Shown here: positions 45,746-58,344 of the stretch, piece by piece
How the letters are laid out: each line of letters begins with the position of its first letter
How positions within the stretch are numbered: the stretch's first letter is position 1
Assembly (NCBI GenBank): GCA_001643675.2
Contig: LSRY02000033.1
Span: 744,001-808,000 of the forward strand
Direction of reading: 5' to 3'
DNA from: Monocercomonoides exilis PA203
Taxonomy: Eukaryota; Protista; Preaxostyla
DNA: 64,000 nt
Position numbers and translations under genes: made by a program
Notes under the pieces: model-generated
The model's database searches: none
What the model was told of the DNA's origin: nothing
What the model saw: only the letters and a program-made list of their open reading frames with translations

Positions 45746-48700
45746 TTATTTAGGCAAGTTTTCTACAATCGGCTGTGGTACCATGCAAGGCTTGATGTTC
45801 CAAATCTTCTCTGAATAGTCGATGATGGAACGGTCAGAAGAGAACTTGTCCATTCTGATTGATGTAAGGATTGCGCGCTTGCCCCACTCCTCCTTCTTCG
45901 CCCAGTCCTGCTCGATCTTCCTGTGTGTCTTGATGTAATCCTCGAAGTCCATTGACACCAAATAGTGGTCGCTGTGTCTGATTGTATCTGTGAACTGCGA
46001 GAAGTCTGATGGGTTTCCAAACATGCCTCCGTCAATCGCATCCAGTGCAGCTGCAAGTGACGGTGGGAGTGTGTATGATGGAGAGTGTCTTCTCCCGCGT
46101 GCCTCGTCGATCTCTTCTGCTTTGAGTCCAAAGATGTATGCCTGGTTCGCTCCAATCTCTTCCACAATTTCGATGTTGGCTCCGTCCCATGTGCCCACGA
46201 GCAGAGCACCGTTCATGCAGAACTTCATGCAGGAGGTTCCTGATGCCTCATAGCCAGCAGTTGAGATCTGTTCTGAGATATCAGCAGCAGGGATGATGAT
46301 TTGTGCAAGCGAAACACAGTAGTTCGGGATGAACACAATCTTCAGAGCATCCATAATAGACTCGTCCTTATTCACCACATTGCCCACTGCGCAGATAAGT
46401 TTGATCGTCTTCTTCGCCATGAAATAGCCGGGTGCTGCTTTGCCACCAAAGATAACAACTTTCGGCGGGCGTTTCAAAAGTTCAGAGCGGCTCAGTTTCT
46501 TCAGCTCCAAGTATTCATAAATGCACCTCAGGATGTTCAGACTCTGGCGCTTGTATTCGTGCAGCCTCTTCACATGCACATCGAAGATCACATTGTCCAG
46601 CTCCTCTCCTCTTCTCATCACAACACCTGCTGCAGCTGGGTTACCTTGTCCGCACTCACGCTCAATCACCTCTGCCAGCTTCTCCTTGGCCATCCTCTTT
46701 ACATTCCAGAACTGTTCAATGAATGCTTTGTTGATCATCCCTTGTGCCTCAATGCGGCGTAGTACTTTGTATGCCACTGTCCATCTGCTTCCAACTTTGG
46801 AGTCATAAAGCTGTGCAAGTGGTGGATTTGCCTCGAGCAGCCAACGTCTTTGAGTTACTCCGTTTGTCACATTCAGGAATTTCTCTGGGAATATTTCATA
46901 GAAGCGCTTGAAGATTGTCGTTTTCAGCAGCTGTGAGTGAAGCTCGGCCACACCATTCACTTTGGAGGAGGTGACAATGGCAAGATTAGCCATACGAATG
47001 CACTTGACTGGATATTCCTCCACAATTGAAAGCTCTCCCATGAATGCATCGTATTTCCCTTTGATCGACTCCAAGAAGACGTGGTTGATGAGATAGATGA
47101 TCTCCAGATGTCTTGGCAGCATCCTTCCGATCAGGTCCACTGGCCATTTCTCGAGCGCTTCTGGCAGCACGGTGTGGTTAGTGTATCCAAAGCATCCCTG
47201 AGTGATCTTCCATGCCTCGTCAAATTCAAAGCCCTTCTCATCCATCAAAATGCGCATAAGCTCAGGAATTGCAAGGACTGGATGTGTGTCGTTGCACTGC
47301 ATCATGATCGACTCTGGAAGTGAGGAATAAGGCTTTCCTTGCTTCTCAAAGCGGCGGATGATATCTTGCAGCGAGGCGCAAACAAAGAAGTACTGTTGCT
47401 TCAGTCTCAGCTCTTTGCCGGCTGTGAATGCGTCGTTCGGGTAGAGCACTTGTGTAATCGTCTCTGCCTGCTGCTTCGCTCTCACTGCATCATCGTAGCT
47501 TCCTCTGTTGAAAGAGGATAAATCGAACTCGTGTGAAGGGACAGATTCCCAAAGACGCAAGTTGATTGTGTTCAGTGTTCTGAATCCGGCAATTGGCACA
47601 TCGTACGCACGTGCAACAACTTCATCTCCACCAACCCATCTCTTTCTGATGCGTCCTGTCTCTTTTTCGATGTTTTCTGTGACTTCTACCCATTCGAATT
47701 CATCGTCTTCATCGTCACTGGCTGAGGAAGGAACTGACGATGACGATGCGCCAAGTTGTGCGCGTGGGAGTGGAGCTGAGTCAGCAGACATCATCTGTGT
47801 TGAGAAGCTGCTCGAGGAAGCAGCATATGTTGATGGCAACGCTGAAGCTGATGTTGAAGAAGAAGCGGATCCACATGAAGATGCCTTCCTTCTTCTCACC
47901 ATTCTTTGTTGAGGTTCAATTCTTTTCTCCTTGTATTCTTCCACGTGTCCAAAGTATCGAACGTTATATTTCACATCATTTCTCTGAATTTCCCAGGGGC
48001 ATTCATTTTCCAGCCAGTAATCTGGCATTTCAATCTGATCGCCATCGGGAGAGATCTTTTGTTTGAACATTCCGTACTGATAGCGAAGGCCATAACCCCA
48101 CGCCGGCAGACGCAACGATGCCATTGAGTCCAAGTAGCATGCAGCAAGACGCCCAAGACCTCCATTTCCAAGTCCCATATCTATTTCCTGCTCAGCAACT
48201 TCTTCCATCTTCAATCCAATCTGTGAAAGAACACTGGTGTATTCATTCATCACAGTAAGGGATAACATGTTTGAGCGCAAAAGTCTTCCGATCAAATATT
48301 CGATGGAAAGATAATAGAGTCTTTTGGGATTCTTTTCGTGAAAGTGACGATTTGTATCATTCCACAATTCTGTTGATAATGAATTGCAATTTTTTAGAAA
48401 AGCATTGTAATTTAAAACAAAAAAAAATTAAATCATACCAATCAATCTATCACGGATGCTTAGGGCTGTTGCTTGATATGCAACACCCAAATCGAAAGAC
48501 CATTTTGTCCTTGCACATCTGAATTCAACATGATCGCAAATAGATTGAAGAATTGATTTGGTGTCTAAACAATTTATAATTGTAAACAAATTCACGTAAA
48601 TTTTGGATCATAAAAAATTTTTATTTATAATAAACAGAAAATTGACAGAAAAACCATTTTGCAAATATTGTCTTCTCATTGAAAAAAGAAGATTAAGCTT

Positions 48701-48954
48701 TTGCTTTTCCTCTGGATTATCTCGGTTAGCAATTGTATTTACACGAGGCAACAATCTTGTACCAGAAGATATTCTTGTTAAGAATCCTTGACTTGGGGAC
48801 AAGGATTCAGACATATCAGTGGCTCTAAATTCTAAAACACACAATAAAACATGCAAGATCGAGAATATATACGCATGAAAATACTTTCTTCTTCTACAGG
48901 GCGTTGGCGTTGTCGTTGAGCAATGCTGTCGGCGTAAGAATACGGAGTTGTCAT
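45746..48954 (-). CDS. PYG: Glycogen/alpha-glucan phosphorylase (GT35); complement(join(45746..48369,48439..48564,48655..48831,48885..48954))
   Basis: Motifs YYLSIEYLIGR, GLGNGGLGRLAAC, YGLRYQYGMFKQ, NDTHP, YTNHTVLPEALE, VKRLHEYKRQ, the PLP-lysine motif EASGTSCMK and FSSDRSI. Upstream exons give AYQATALSIRDRLI. Confidence 0.96.
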
Positions 48955-49390
48955 TTTTTGCAAAAGATCAAAGTTGTAATTCTACAATTTTTTGAAAAAA
49001 ATTTTTTTTTCAAAATATTTATTTATTATCTCAATATGAAATTTTCTGCTAAATAATTCAGAAGGGAATATAGCGTCATTATTATCCAACAGCCATACTA
49101 AATTTTTTATGAATGCAAATGGCTTAAAGAAAGTATTTAACGTTAATAATGTCAACAGAAGCAATAACATCAACTGTTTGTTGTGTATATATTAATTTTA
49201 TAGCTATTAATTGTGTTTATTTCATTAATTTACTTTTCAAATAATTTATAAAAGTTTTATAATTCTTATGTTTGCAATTTGTTTTACTCATATATTTTGA
49301 TGTTATTGGAATATTAATCGTTTTCATAATTGTTATTAGAACATTTTTGAAGCACACTCTAATTATGAATGGAAAAGTGAAAGTATTGAA

Positions 49391-51661
49391 GTGCCTGAAC
49401 AAACATCGCGGCTTATTTCGAATGAAAATGATAGTCCAAAAATTACGGTCAGTAATATGTTGAATAATCGATTTTTAAAAGCAAATATTCTTCCTGTTGC
49501 ATCTGAACTTTTATTTTCTTCGGCATCTTCAACATTTCAAGGTGCAGGTTCATCAAATAGTTCGAGAGTTGATCCATCCTTAGAAGTAACTACATATTTG
49601 AATAATTATAAAATTAAAAAACAGACTCCAGTTGATTCTTTAATGGATAAATCAATCCATTATTTTCCTTCTTCTTGCACATTTTTATCTTCCAAAGATA
49701 ATGAAGATGTCCAATTATCTTTATCACCAAATAATCGAAAATCTGGAATAACAACTTCTAGTCATGGGCAGCCAACTTTATCAATTGACAATCTCGGGCT
49801 ACAAATGGAGGAAACTTACGAACCTCGTGTTTTGCCTGAAATTTCTGAGGAAGAAGCGAATGAAAAGGAGATACAGCTACTTTTTCAGAAGATGGAGAAT
49901 ACGAAGCATGAATCAGGTTGGAAAAGTGCATTTGAAAAACATGAAACAATATTAAAGACCAGGTGGTTTATTCAAGCAATCAGCGATGAGGCAAATGCTT
50001 TTCTTGGTTTGTGTGACAGAGGAATGAATCTCACAAAGAATCCAAGCGGCAATAAAACTGCTGAAGATGATCAAACAAGAGATAGGATCATAAAGCAATC
50101 AATAAAAGAGGCACGCCATTTTTACAAGCTGTTTGGTAAATGGATCTCTAAAGATAATTACATTGATGAGAAGGAGAAGAAAATGTGGGAGGAGGCAGAA
50201 ATGAAAATGATTAGAAAGAAAGAGAGAAAGGAAAAGGAAAAGGAATCAAAGCAACACCAGAAAATAACAACTGAAGAGATAAAAACAATGCTGAATATGG
50301 CAGATCCATCGACATTATCCGAAGGAGATAAAATAAAATATCAAAAAATTATTGAAAAAAGAGAGCGGAAGACTGAAAAGAAAGAGCAAATGAAGCGAAT
50401 GACGGAGCAAGTTGACGAATGCACAGTCTTTGACGCAAACAGCAAGAGTATGTCAGACAACAAAAAGCTTAAGAAATCAGAATGCATCAATGAAAATTTG
50501 ATTATTGTTACTCCATTTTGTTGCAACTGGAATGAAGCCTTTATGTCAGCACTGCCATCGTCTGACTTTTGTCAGCATAAATCTGAACTGCAAAGTTTGT
50601 TGTATTCATTAGACAACACTTCTATTCCCAATTGCGAAAAATCTGTTGATCAAAGCCAAATCTATCTTCTTCAATCATTGCAGCAAAATGATCAATCGGA
50701 AGAAATGCCTGAAAGGATATTAAGCAATGAAGAAGCTTCGAGTTCTCTGACAGATCATTTAAACTTCAATTTGCCAGAAAATATGCTACTTTGTTGTGAC
50801 TCATCATTTTATACTTCAAATTTTCAGCCATCTTCAGATTTGATGGTTGGTTCAGTTGTATTAGATGAGGAAGAACTTCTTCCAGTGAAATTTTCTCATT
50901 TGACAGATTTGTGTTCTCAAACGACAACTTCTTTCGATTCATCGTTGAAATCAGACTCTTCACTTTTTCATTCGCAAATGCGCTATTCTTTGGAGTTGTC
51001 TAATGATTCATCATTAACGATTGATCCTAATCAACAATTGAACTTTCCATCGTCTCAGTTGCTTCAGTCAAATATCCAACATATTTCCACAAATTCTGTT
51101 TTGAACAAAACGAGTTCTGAAAAAGAATCGCTTCAACAGCTCATGTCAAATCCGGTTTTTCGTAATAAACATTTAATAGATTTGAGCAATCAAAGCTCTT
51201 TGTCTGACTCTAGCACATTGGAATCAAAGATTGGGCCTAATTTTTCTTCAAGTCATTTTGCTTTGCATCTTTCACCTTCGGCTGGTGGTATTTCATCTCC
51301 TTCTTATTCCAATCAGAAAGTGTATCAATGGCCAAATACGTTGGTCGATAAGCAAACAAATTTGTCCAGCAAACTTTCATTAATAAAAGAAATTCAAAGC
51401 TCAATCAAAACATTTGACGCTTCATCTTCACCAAATGAAGTTGCGATGTTTCAGTCGGTACCAACTCCGAACACTTTTTCTTCAATTCCTTGTTCATCTA
51501 CAAATAAAGCTGATTCTGCAACATTATCAACATTTCATTTTTCATCGCCCTCGCAAGCCACATTTCAACCAACGCTTGTGCTTCAGCGTGTTCAGTCTTT
51601 GAGGGGTACAATGAGCGATGATAGCGTTGATCTATTCTCAATTCTCAGTGAACCAAAATGA
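49391..51661 (+). CDS. Hypothetical protein, lineage-specific family member B (start uncertain; first in-frame ATG at about 49457)
   Basis: 756-codon ORF sharing a ~120-aa block with the 32713-35166 ORF. Confidence 0.6.
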   Translation: MPEQTSRLISNENDSPKITVSNMLNNRFLKANILPVASELLFSSASSTFQGAGSSNSSRVDPSLEVTTYLNNYKIKKQTPVDSLMDKSIHYFPSSCTFLSSKDNEDVQLSLSPNNRKSGITTSSHGQPTLSIDNLGLQMEETYEPRVLPEISEEEANEKEIQLLFQKMENTKHESGWKSAFEKHETILKTRWFIQAISDEANAFLGLCDRGMNLTKNPSGNKTAEDDQTRDRIIKQSIKEARHFYKLFGKWISKDNYIDEKEKKMWEEAEMKMIRKKERKEKEKESKQHQKITTEEIKTMLNMADPSTLSEGDKIKYQKIIEKRERKTEKKEQMKRMTEQVDECTVFDANSKSMSDNKKLKKSECINENLIIVTPFCCNWNEAFMSALPSSDFCQHKSELQSLLYSLDNTSIPNCEKSVDQSQIYLLQSLQQNDQSEEMPERILSNEEASSSLTDHLNFNLPENMLLCCDSSFYTSNFQPSSDLMVGSVVLDEEELLPVKFSHLTDLCSQTTTSFDSSLKSDSSLFHSQMRYSLELSNDSSLTIDPNQQLNFPSSQLLQSNIQHISTNSVLNKTSSEKESLQQLMSNPVFRNKHLIDLSNQSSLSDSSTLESKIGPNFSSSHFALHLSPSAGGISSPSYSNQKVYQWPNTLVDKQTNLSSKLSLIKEIQSSIKTFDASSSPNEVAMFQSVPTPNTFSSIPCSSTNKADSATLSTFHFSSPSQATFQPTLVLQRVQSLRGTMSDDSVDLFSILSEPK

Positions 51662-51959
51662 AATTAATTTTAAAGAAATTAAAAGAAATAAGAATTGTAT
51701 TCTTCTTATATGAACGGATGAATGTTCGATGTTGTTTTGTTCTTTTTGTTTTATTTTTCTGCTACTTTCACATCATAAATTATCAAATTTAAAAAACTTT
51801 CTGTCAACTTTCAAAAGCTTTAAAATGAATTCGAAAAATGTTGTAGTTTGGTGTTTTTATTTGCACCATTTTTTATTGTTTCCAAATTTTTTAAGTGAAA
51901 AAAACCAAAATTACTGACTCAATAAGCAAAAATATTCAAAACTTAGTTAAATGGTCTTC

Positions 51960-53150
51960 TAATTTTTCTTTTTCCTGCTTTTTGATCATAAGAATTTTTT
52001 TCTTTAACATTTTCCCCTTCATCATGAAAAATTCTTCGATCAACTCATTTCTTCTTTGACTTTTATGGAAAAGTTACTTCAATAGTTCTCGGTATCTTCT
52101 TCCGTTCCAGAACATTTTGCACTTGTTCGAAAGAAAATCTCTTCTTTCACATATTTCTTATAAAGAATCGTTAGTGAGCAGTTTTCCGTTAAAATCAAAG
52201 CGATTCAAATGAGTTTGTAACGGAAATGAAGAGTATTTTGGAAATTTTCGAAAAACTGGTTTTGACTATTTAAATAAAACTCAACTTGCATCATAGACAT
52301 TCTTTATTCTGATGGAGCGAATGCAGAGTTAAGAGTTTGAGGAAGGATGACTGCAAAAGCCTTTCTGTTGGAAGAAGCAGTTGAAGATTGTGGGATTTCT
52401 ATTGATAAATTTGAAACTGATTTATGAATCACAAAAACATCTTTTTCGAAATGTTGCGAAATGTGTGTAGTGTGAGGAACAAACGTGATGACATCCACAT
52501 TCGATTCCACAAATTTTCTCCAAATAAAAGAAGTTTGCATAAGAGCTGTACGAATTCATAAATAACAAATATCTCTCTTCCGATAATTTCATTCTTTTAT
52601 TTTTTTCAAATATTAATGGAACCAGAAGCGCAAAAAAAAACATTCGAACAAAGATAAGTTCATCCAACCATAAGCATTGCTCCACATATCAAGAAAAGGA
52701 GATTAAATAAAGAGTCAACTTTTCAGGAATAATGGAACTCGACAAAAGGACAATTATTGGCAAAGAAAATCCATCCGAGGCAACAGCAGCCACAAGCGTT
52801 GCGTTTCGTACTCTCGAAAGTTCAAGACAATAGGCTGAAGGAGATTTCGAGGATGTCACAACAAGTTTTTTGCAATTATCAGATAATCTCTGTGATGTTT
52901 CATCCACATTAAAGATTAGCTCCCTTCTGTATTTGAACTTTAAATGCAAATCATCAAGCATTTCGTTCCAAGGTTTCAAAATGTCTTGACAAGATGCTGC
53001 AAGACGTTTTGAATCCAAAATTTTTGGCTTTTGCAATTTCAATTCTTGTTGATTTCGCAAGAAGGAATAAGCCGCGGATTTTGAAATTACTTTTTTTTTT
53101 GGTGAAGCATCTTCAGTAATCTCAAATTCATGATCTTCAATCGTTTTTTT
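51960..53150 (-). mobile_element. Degenerate pogo/Tigger-type (DDE_1) transposase pseudogene
   Basis: Three frameshifted fragments in the expected order: IFNVDET...ATLVAAVASDGFSLPIIVL; LLFMNSYSS (eroded LLxxDxHxSH); VDVITFVPHTTHISQHFEKDVF (eroded LPPHTSHxLQPLD). Element ends were not identified. Confidence 0.7.
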
Positions 53151-53476
53151 GGTAATTGAAGAATCAAATGAATTTTCAATTATTTATATTTATAAAACAA
53201 ATTCTTTCGTTTTATTCAATCCGGATAATTATTTTGGAAATCATAACTTTTTTCAGTTTGTTGATAGTTTGAAGGTTTCTTTCTTTTGAAAAGGGAGTAT
53301 TTTTTTCAAAAGAAAAATAAATAATAACTGTTTGATAATTCGTTGTTTTTGACAATGTTAATGAAAAATTATCTATGAACAGAGTTATTATTAGTAAGTG
53401 CTCATATGTCAATATTCAAAGTAATTAGACAAGTTATATTTTTTGCAGAAGTAATAAAGATTCAATTATAATCATC

Positions 53477-54379
53477 CATCTCTAAAACTTCCTATTTTCT
53501 TCACGCTTTCTTGAACATTTCATTTTGTTCAGCATTTCACTCTGAACAAAAACGTTAATATTTTATAATATAATTTTTATAATTTTTTATTTTCCAAATT
53601 CAATAACAACTCAACTTTTTCTGCTTTATTTATAGATTCACAACATAAAATTTTTCAATAAATTGAACTGAATATTTGATATAATTCATTGCTGTTCAAA
53701 AAATATCAACCAAAAAGTTTTATCCAAAATTTATAATTCAATTCATCGATTGAAAATGTTTTCTGATGAAGATTATAATTTTTGTTGAGTTTTTAAGCTT
53801 TGATATTCTTTTCCAATGCAAACATTAATTATTCTATTTAAATTGAAGGAATATTTTAATCGAATGAATAAGGACAAATGAACTTTTTTGAAAAGATTAT
53901 TTATTGCATGTTAATAAAAAATTACAAATTATTCAACAATTAGCACACGGAAAAAAATATATTTTCAAAAAAGTTCATTTGTCCTTATTCATTCGATTAA
54001 AATATTCCTTCAATTTAAATAGAATAATTAATGTTTGCATTGGAAAAGAATATCAAAGCTTAAAAACTCAACAAAAATTATAATCTTCATCAGAAAACAT
54101 TTTCAATCGATGAATTGAATTATAAATTTTGGATAAAACTTTTTGGTTGATATTTTTTGAACAGCAATGAATTATATCAAATATTCAGTTCAATTTATTG
54201 AAAAATTTTATGTTGTGAATCTATAAATAAAGCAGAAAAAGTTGAGTTGTTATTGAATTTGGAAAATAAAAAATTATAAAAATTATATTATAAAATATTA
54301 ACGTTTTTGTTCAGAGTGAAATGCTGAACAAAATGAAATGTTCAAGAAAGCGTGAAGAAAATAGGAAGTTTTAGAGATG
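53477..54379. repeat. Non-coding inverted duplication: arms 53477-53894 and 53962-54379 (418 bp each), 67-bp spacer
   Basis: Paired positions sum to 107856 (e.g. CATCTCTAAAACTTCCTAT at 53477 vs ATAGGAAGTTTTAGAGATG ending at 54379). First mismatches at 53476/54380 and 53895/53961. Confidence 0.93.
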
Positions 54380-55086
54380 ATTAATTTTAATGACATGTTT
54401 CATTTTTCAATTTAGTAATTTTTGGCATTCACCTGCTTTTGGAAAAAAATGAAAAAAAAACCCACTAACAAATTCGATGAGCTACTGTAGATATTTTCAA
54501 ACAAGATAATAGACGCTTAACAAAAACTCGTCACTTCAAATGAAGAAATAATGTTAAACAACCGAAAAAAGAAAAACAATAGCAAACATTTGTTCTTTTT
54601 ATCGAAAAAATTGAGGGTTCTCCAAAAATGCCGCTTTGCAAATAATTATAAAAAGACCACAACAACAATAAAAATCTTGCAAAAAAGTTCAAGTGAAATT
54701 AAAAAAAAAAAAGGCAAAGCATGGCATACTCATTGAGCCCAAAGTTTATGTAAAGTCAATAACATGATGTTTCCTTGCTATTGACTCAGCTTATTAACAT
54801 TAGCCCAGAAAAACGAATAATTTTGTTACAAAATATTATCAAATTTGAAACTTTATAAACTATTTTCTTTTAAACAAGTATTATTTCTAAAAAAATAAAG
54901 GTCACAAACATTCAAATATTTTGAAAAGGCTTTGTCTTACAACAAACGATCTTGAAAACAGCTGCTTGTAACCTTCATCCAGCCGATTTTTATTAATCAG
55001 ATCTTTAAGACTCTCCTTTAACATGTCAACAGTTATGAAAAAATCCAACCTTCTTATCCTATTCATTATAAAAAAGTCCACCTGGA

Positions 55087-56353
55087 CTACGATTTTAGAT
55101 CCATGTCTGCATCCACCCTGGACAAGGCATGTATATTAAAGTGTGCTTCATAATCAACAAATGGAATCTTTTTGCCGCAGCTGTCGCACTCAATCAAAGT
55201 CATGTCGGGATCGTCTTGTATCACAACTGGCTCAGATTTGGTCATCTTCTCTTTTTCCGGCTGCGGACTTGGCGAAGCCGCAGGCTGAGAAGCAGACGAT
55301 GCTGATGAAGGGGCAGAGACTGCCATTGCATTGCCAGTAGGAGGGTTCTCTAAGCTTTCTGCACTGGCCGGAGAAAGAGATGATGATGATGATGATGATG
55401 AGGAAGAGGAAGAGGAAGAGGAAGAAGAAGAAGATGATGATGATGAGGATGATGATGATGCCGGTTGGCTGGATGGCAGTTTGGGTGTTTCGAGAGTTGG
55501 TGGTACGGTTGCTTCTGTGGGGAGAGTCGGCAGGGAGACAGGCGGAGTGGCTGGAGGAGCAGCAGGTGTGCTGCGATAGTTGCTTGAAGCTGGGCTCAGT
55601 CGAATAGGAGGCGCAGTGAATGGGGTGTAGACAAGCCTGTTCTCAGGCAGGTTCAACCTCGTCCTGTCAGTCAGTCCAGATGCCCTCCAGTTCATTTGTG
55701 GTGTGGGTAGGGACGTCCTCAGCGGATAAACTGAAGAGAGGCCAGAAGAGCTGGCCAGCGGAGAAGATGCGGATGACATCGACCTGCTCGATGCGCGCAG
55801 AGAAGAGAATGAAGGCACCTGATCGACAAGGGGCTCGAGCTGGATGCCCTGCTGCCTGTATGTGGCGTAGCGCTCTTCGTGGCTGGGCTCAGTGGCGATG
55901 TGGTCGAGGCACCCCTGCCGCGTATCGAAGGGCTTCGAGCACAGCGGGCAGGTGTAGACCACATTGCGCGCAGGGAGAGAGGGCAGGGCAGACGACGAAA
56001 GGGAAGACAGCTCGCCGCTGTGCTTGCTGGAGACACGGGACGACGAGGGAGAATTGGCGGAGGAGTGGTGGGTGGGCTTGGAGGAGGCAGCAGCAGAGCT
56101 GGTATTCGTGCCGGATGTCCGGGTCCGTTCAGAGGGGCTGGCAGATGCTTCTATGGAAAATACAGAATTGTTGCCGGGCTGAAGAGGATAGCTGGTTGAA
56201 CTGAACGACTGCAGCATATCTGAAGAAGTCGAAAGAGAAGCAGAGGATGAGGCAGAGGCAGAGGTAGGGGCAGAAGCAGAGGCAGAAGAAGAAGGAGAAG
56301 GAGAGGGAGAAAGAGAAGAAGAAGAGGAAGAAGATGAAGGAGAAAGAGAAGAA

Positions 56354-56385
<32 letters not shown>

Positions 56386-57384
56386 AGAAGAGGAAGAAGA
56401 AGAAAAGGAAGAGGAAGAAGAAGAAGAAGGAGACAAGGAAGGCCCCGAACGCGAATGACCTGAAGACGACTCATGCTTTTTAGAATGAGAGCGAGTTTGA
56501 CTTCTATCAGGCGACGTCGAAGAAGACGAAGGATTGATGTTCTGCTGCTGAGGCTTCAAGGACGAATCAGGAGGAAGTAACTGGAAATTCTGATAAGGCA
56601 CCTGCATTGGATTTAAAGATACTGTTTGATATAAAGGATTTTGAGCATTTGCCACTTGTTGATAAGGAGGAGGCCGAGGAAACGTCAAAAGTTGTTCAGA
56701 GGACTGAGAAGTTGTTGTTTTATTCAATGACTGATTTGTCGAGCTTAATGACTGATTTACTGAGCTTAATGACTGATTTATTGAGCTTAATGACTGATTT
56801 GTCGAATTTAACGACTGATTCATTACGGGATTCATTATTGGGTTCATTATTGGATTCATTGTTGAATACATATTTTGATAATCTTGTGGATAATAATTGA
56901 TATATGGATTCATTGCAACACTCATTGATTGACTATTGCCCTTTATCGGCTCCCACAGCTTCGGGTCCGAAACAATGAGCTTGATTTGCGCGCACTTCGT
57001 TGCATCCAGCAAAGGAGTTGATTCTATCAGGCCATTTATCGCACGTTTATCTACTAAACTTATGTTTTTTCCCCTGAGGTGCTGCAAAGCATTGGCACAT
57101 ACAGATATCAGCATCAGTTCACATTTCTTTTCCAGAAGATTTTCGTACAACGAGAGGACATCTCTTGTTTCCAATGTTTCACTGATCGGATCTCTTGATT
57201 CGGTTACTCGGAACGTCAATTGTTTGATTACAAACAGAAGTCCACTCTTCATTACAATTTCAGTTATACCGTTCACACAAAGTGGAACTTCAGAAGAACT
57301 ATGCGAATACGATGACTCATTAAAATTACCAAGAAAATCTTCTAATATTTTGAAAGCGGGTTTAGATATAGTTGGATCTCCACT
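55087..57384 (-). CDS. Last exon of a multi-exon gene: helical (ARM/HEAT-like) N-part, Ser/Pro-rich linker, C2H2-like and UBZ-like zinc fingers
   Basis: TATAG acceptor ending at 57385, in frame with the 729-aa ORF. Zinc fingers: CPLCSKPFDTRQGCLDHIATEPSH and CDSCGKKIPFVDYEAHFNIH. Further small exons probably lie at 57450-58150 but were not resolved. Confidence 0.6.
56726..56865 (-). repeat. Coding tandem repeats: 21-nt units (SLSS[TIV]NQ, four copies) next to 12-nt units (MNPI/V)
   Basis: AATGACTGATTTxxxGAGCTT repeated on the plus strand, followed by TTCATTAxxGGx units. Confidence 0.85.
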
Positions 57385-58344
57385 CTATAAGCAAAAAATT
57401 AATTATTTTTTAAAAAGGATATAATTAGTACAACAAAAATAATTTTATATACAAAACTAGAAGGAGAATTGAACAGTTTTGTATATATGCGGAACGAAAA
57501 TCAAAAGCTACGTTCATATCCTCTGTACACCGTATTGCTAAACTTTGTAAAAGCAAAAGTGTTGAAACCTAAAGAATGAATTCAGAACAAAAAATTATTA
57601 ATATAGAAAAAATAGTAATGCAAACTTTAAGTTCTATATAACCACTATTATTTAAAATTTCCTCGCAAATTTTCAAGATATCATGACTCAATAAATACTC
57701 CCTGTGTGATTCTAAAATGCAATAATAGAAATGATAAATATTTTCAGTGAATCGATTACAATACTAAAGAAACGAAAAAACTTAAAGATGAAAATGCAAT
57801 AAGTTGATAAGCTGCTCTTACTGCTTCAAAATCTGTTTTATTTCTAAGCATATGAAGGAGGGGAGGTAACTGTTTTTGCAAACCAAATAGCATAGGACTT
57901 AAATGATAATTTTTGGAAAGAAATCTTTACAAACAGTATTTTCCGGTAAGCAATCATCCGTACCATCTTGCGGAAATTCAATATCTACTTTCATTGAGAT
58001 CCAGCAGTCTAATGAATACGGAATCGTAAAATTCAGATATAACATAAGTAAAATAGGTTAAATGATAACATACAAAAACTGTTTTAGAAAAAATTCGTTC
58101 TTTAACAACCAACACCAATTCTGTATCCCACAAAATTATTCTTTTTTAGACAAAGAAAAGTTCATCATATATTGTTTGATCTTAAGTTTTTAATGTTTTT
58201 GTAAAGCAATAAAGATTTGAAAAATACATGTTATTTTATGTTTTTATGAACAATATCGTTAACAACCTTTATTAATATATTGGACCTTTCAAACAAAGTT
58301 GATAATATCTTGTTTTCGAAGTTTCCGCAAAGGAAAACACTTCA

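Noticed and set aside
53895-53900. Spacer start GATTAT complementary to ATAATC at 53468-53473, echoing the large palindrome's junction
   Set aside because: A 6-nt match in very AT-rich DNA is expected by chance.
54900-55086. Stop-codon read-through or an extra small ORF after the zinc-finger gene
   Set aside because: Read-through meets TAA TGA within 7 codons; the ~54-aa downstream ORF has no recognisable features and is likely 3' UTR.
56726-56865. CRISPR-like or telomere-like array
   Set aside because: In-frame coding tandem repeat without unique spacers, in a eukaryotic gene.
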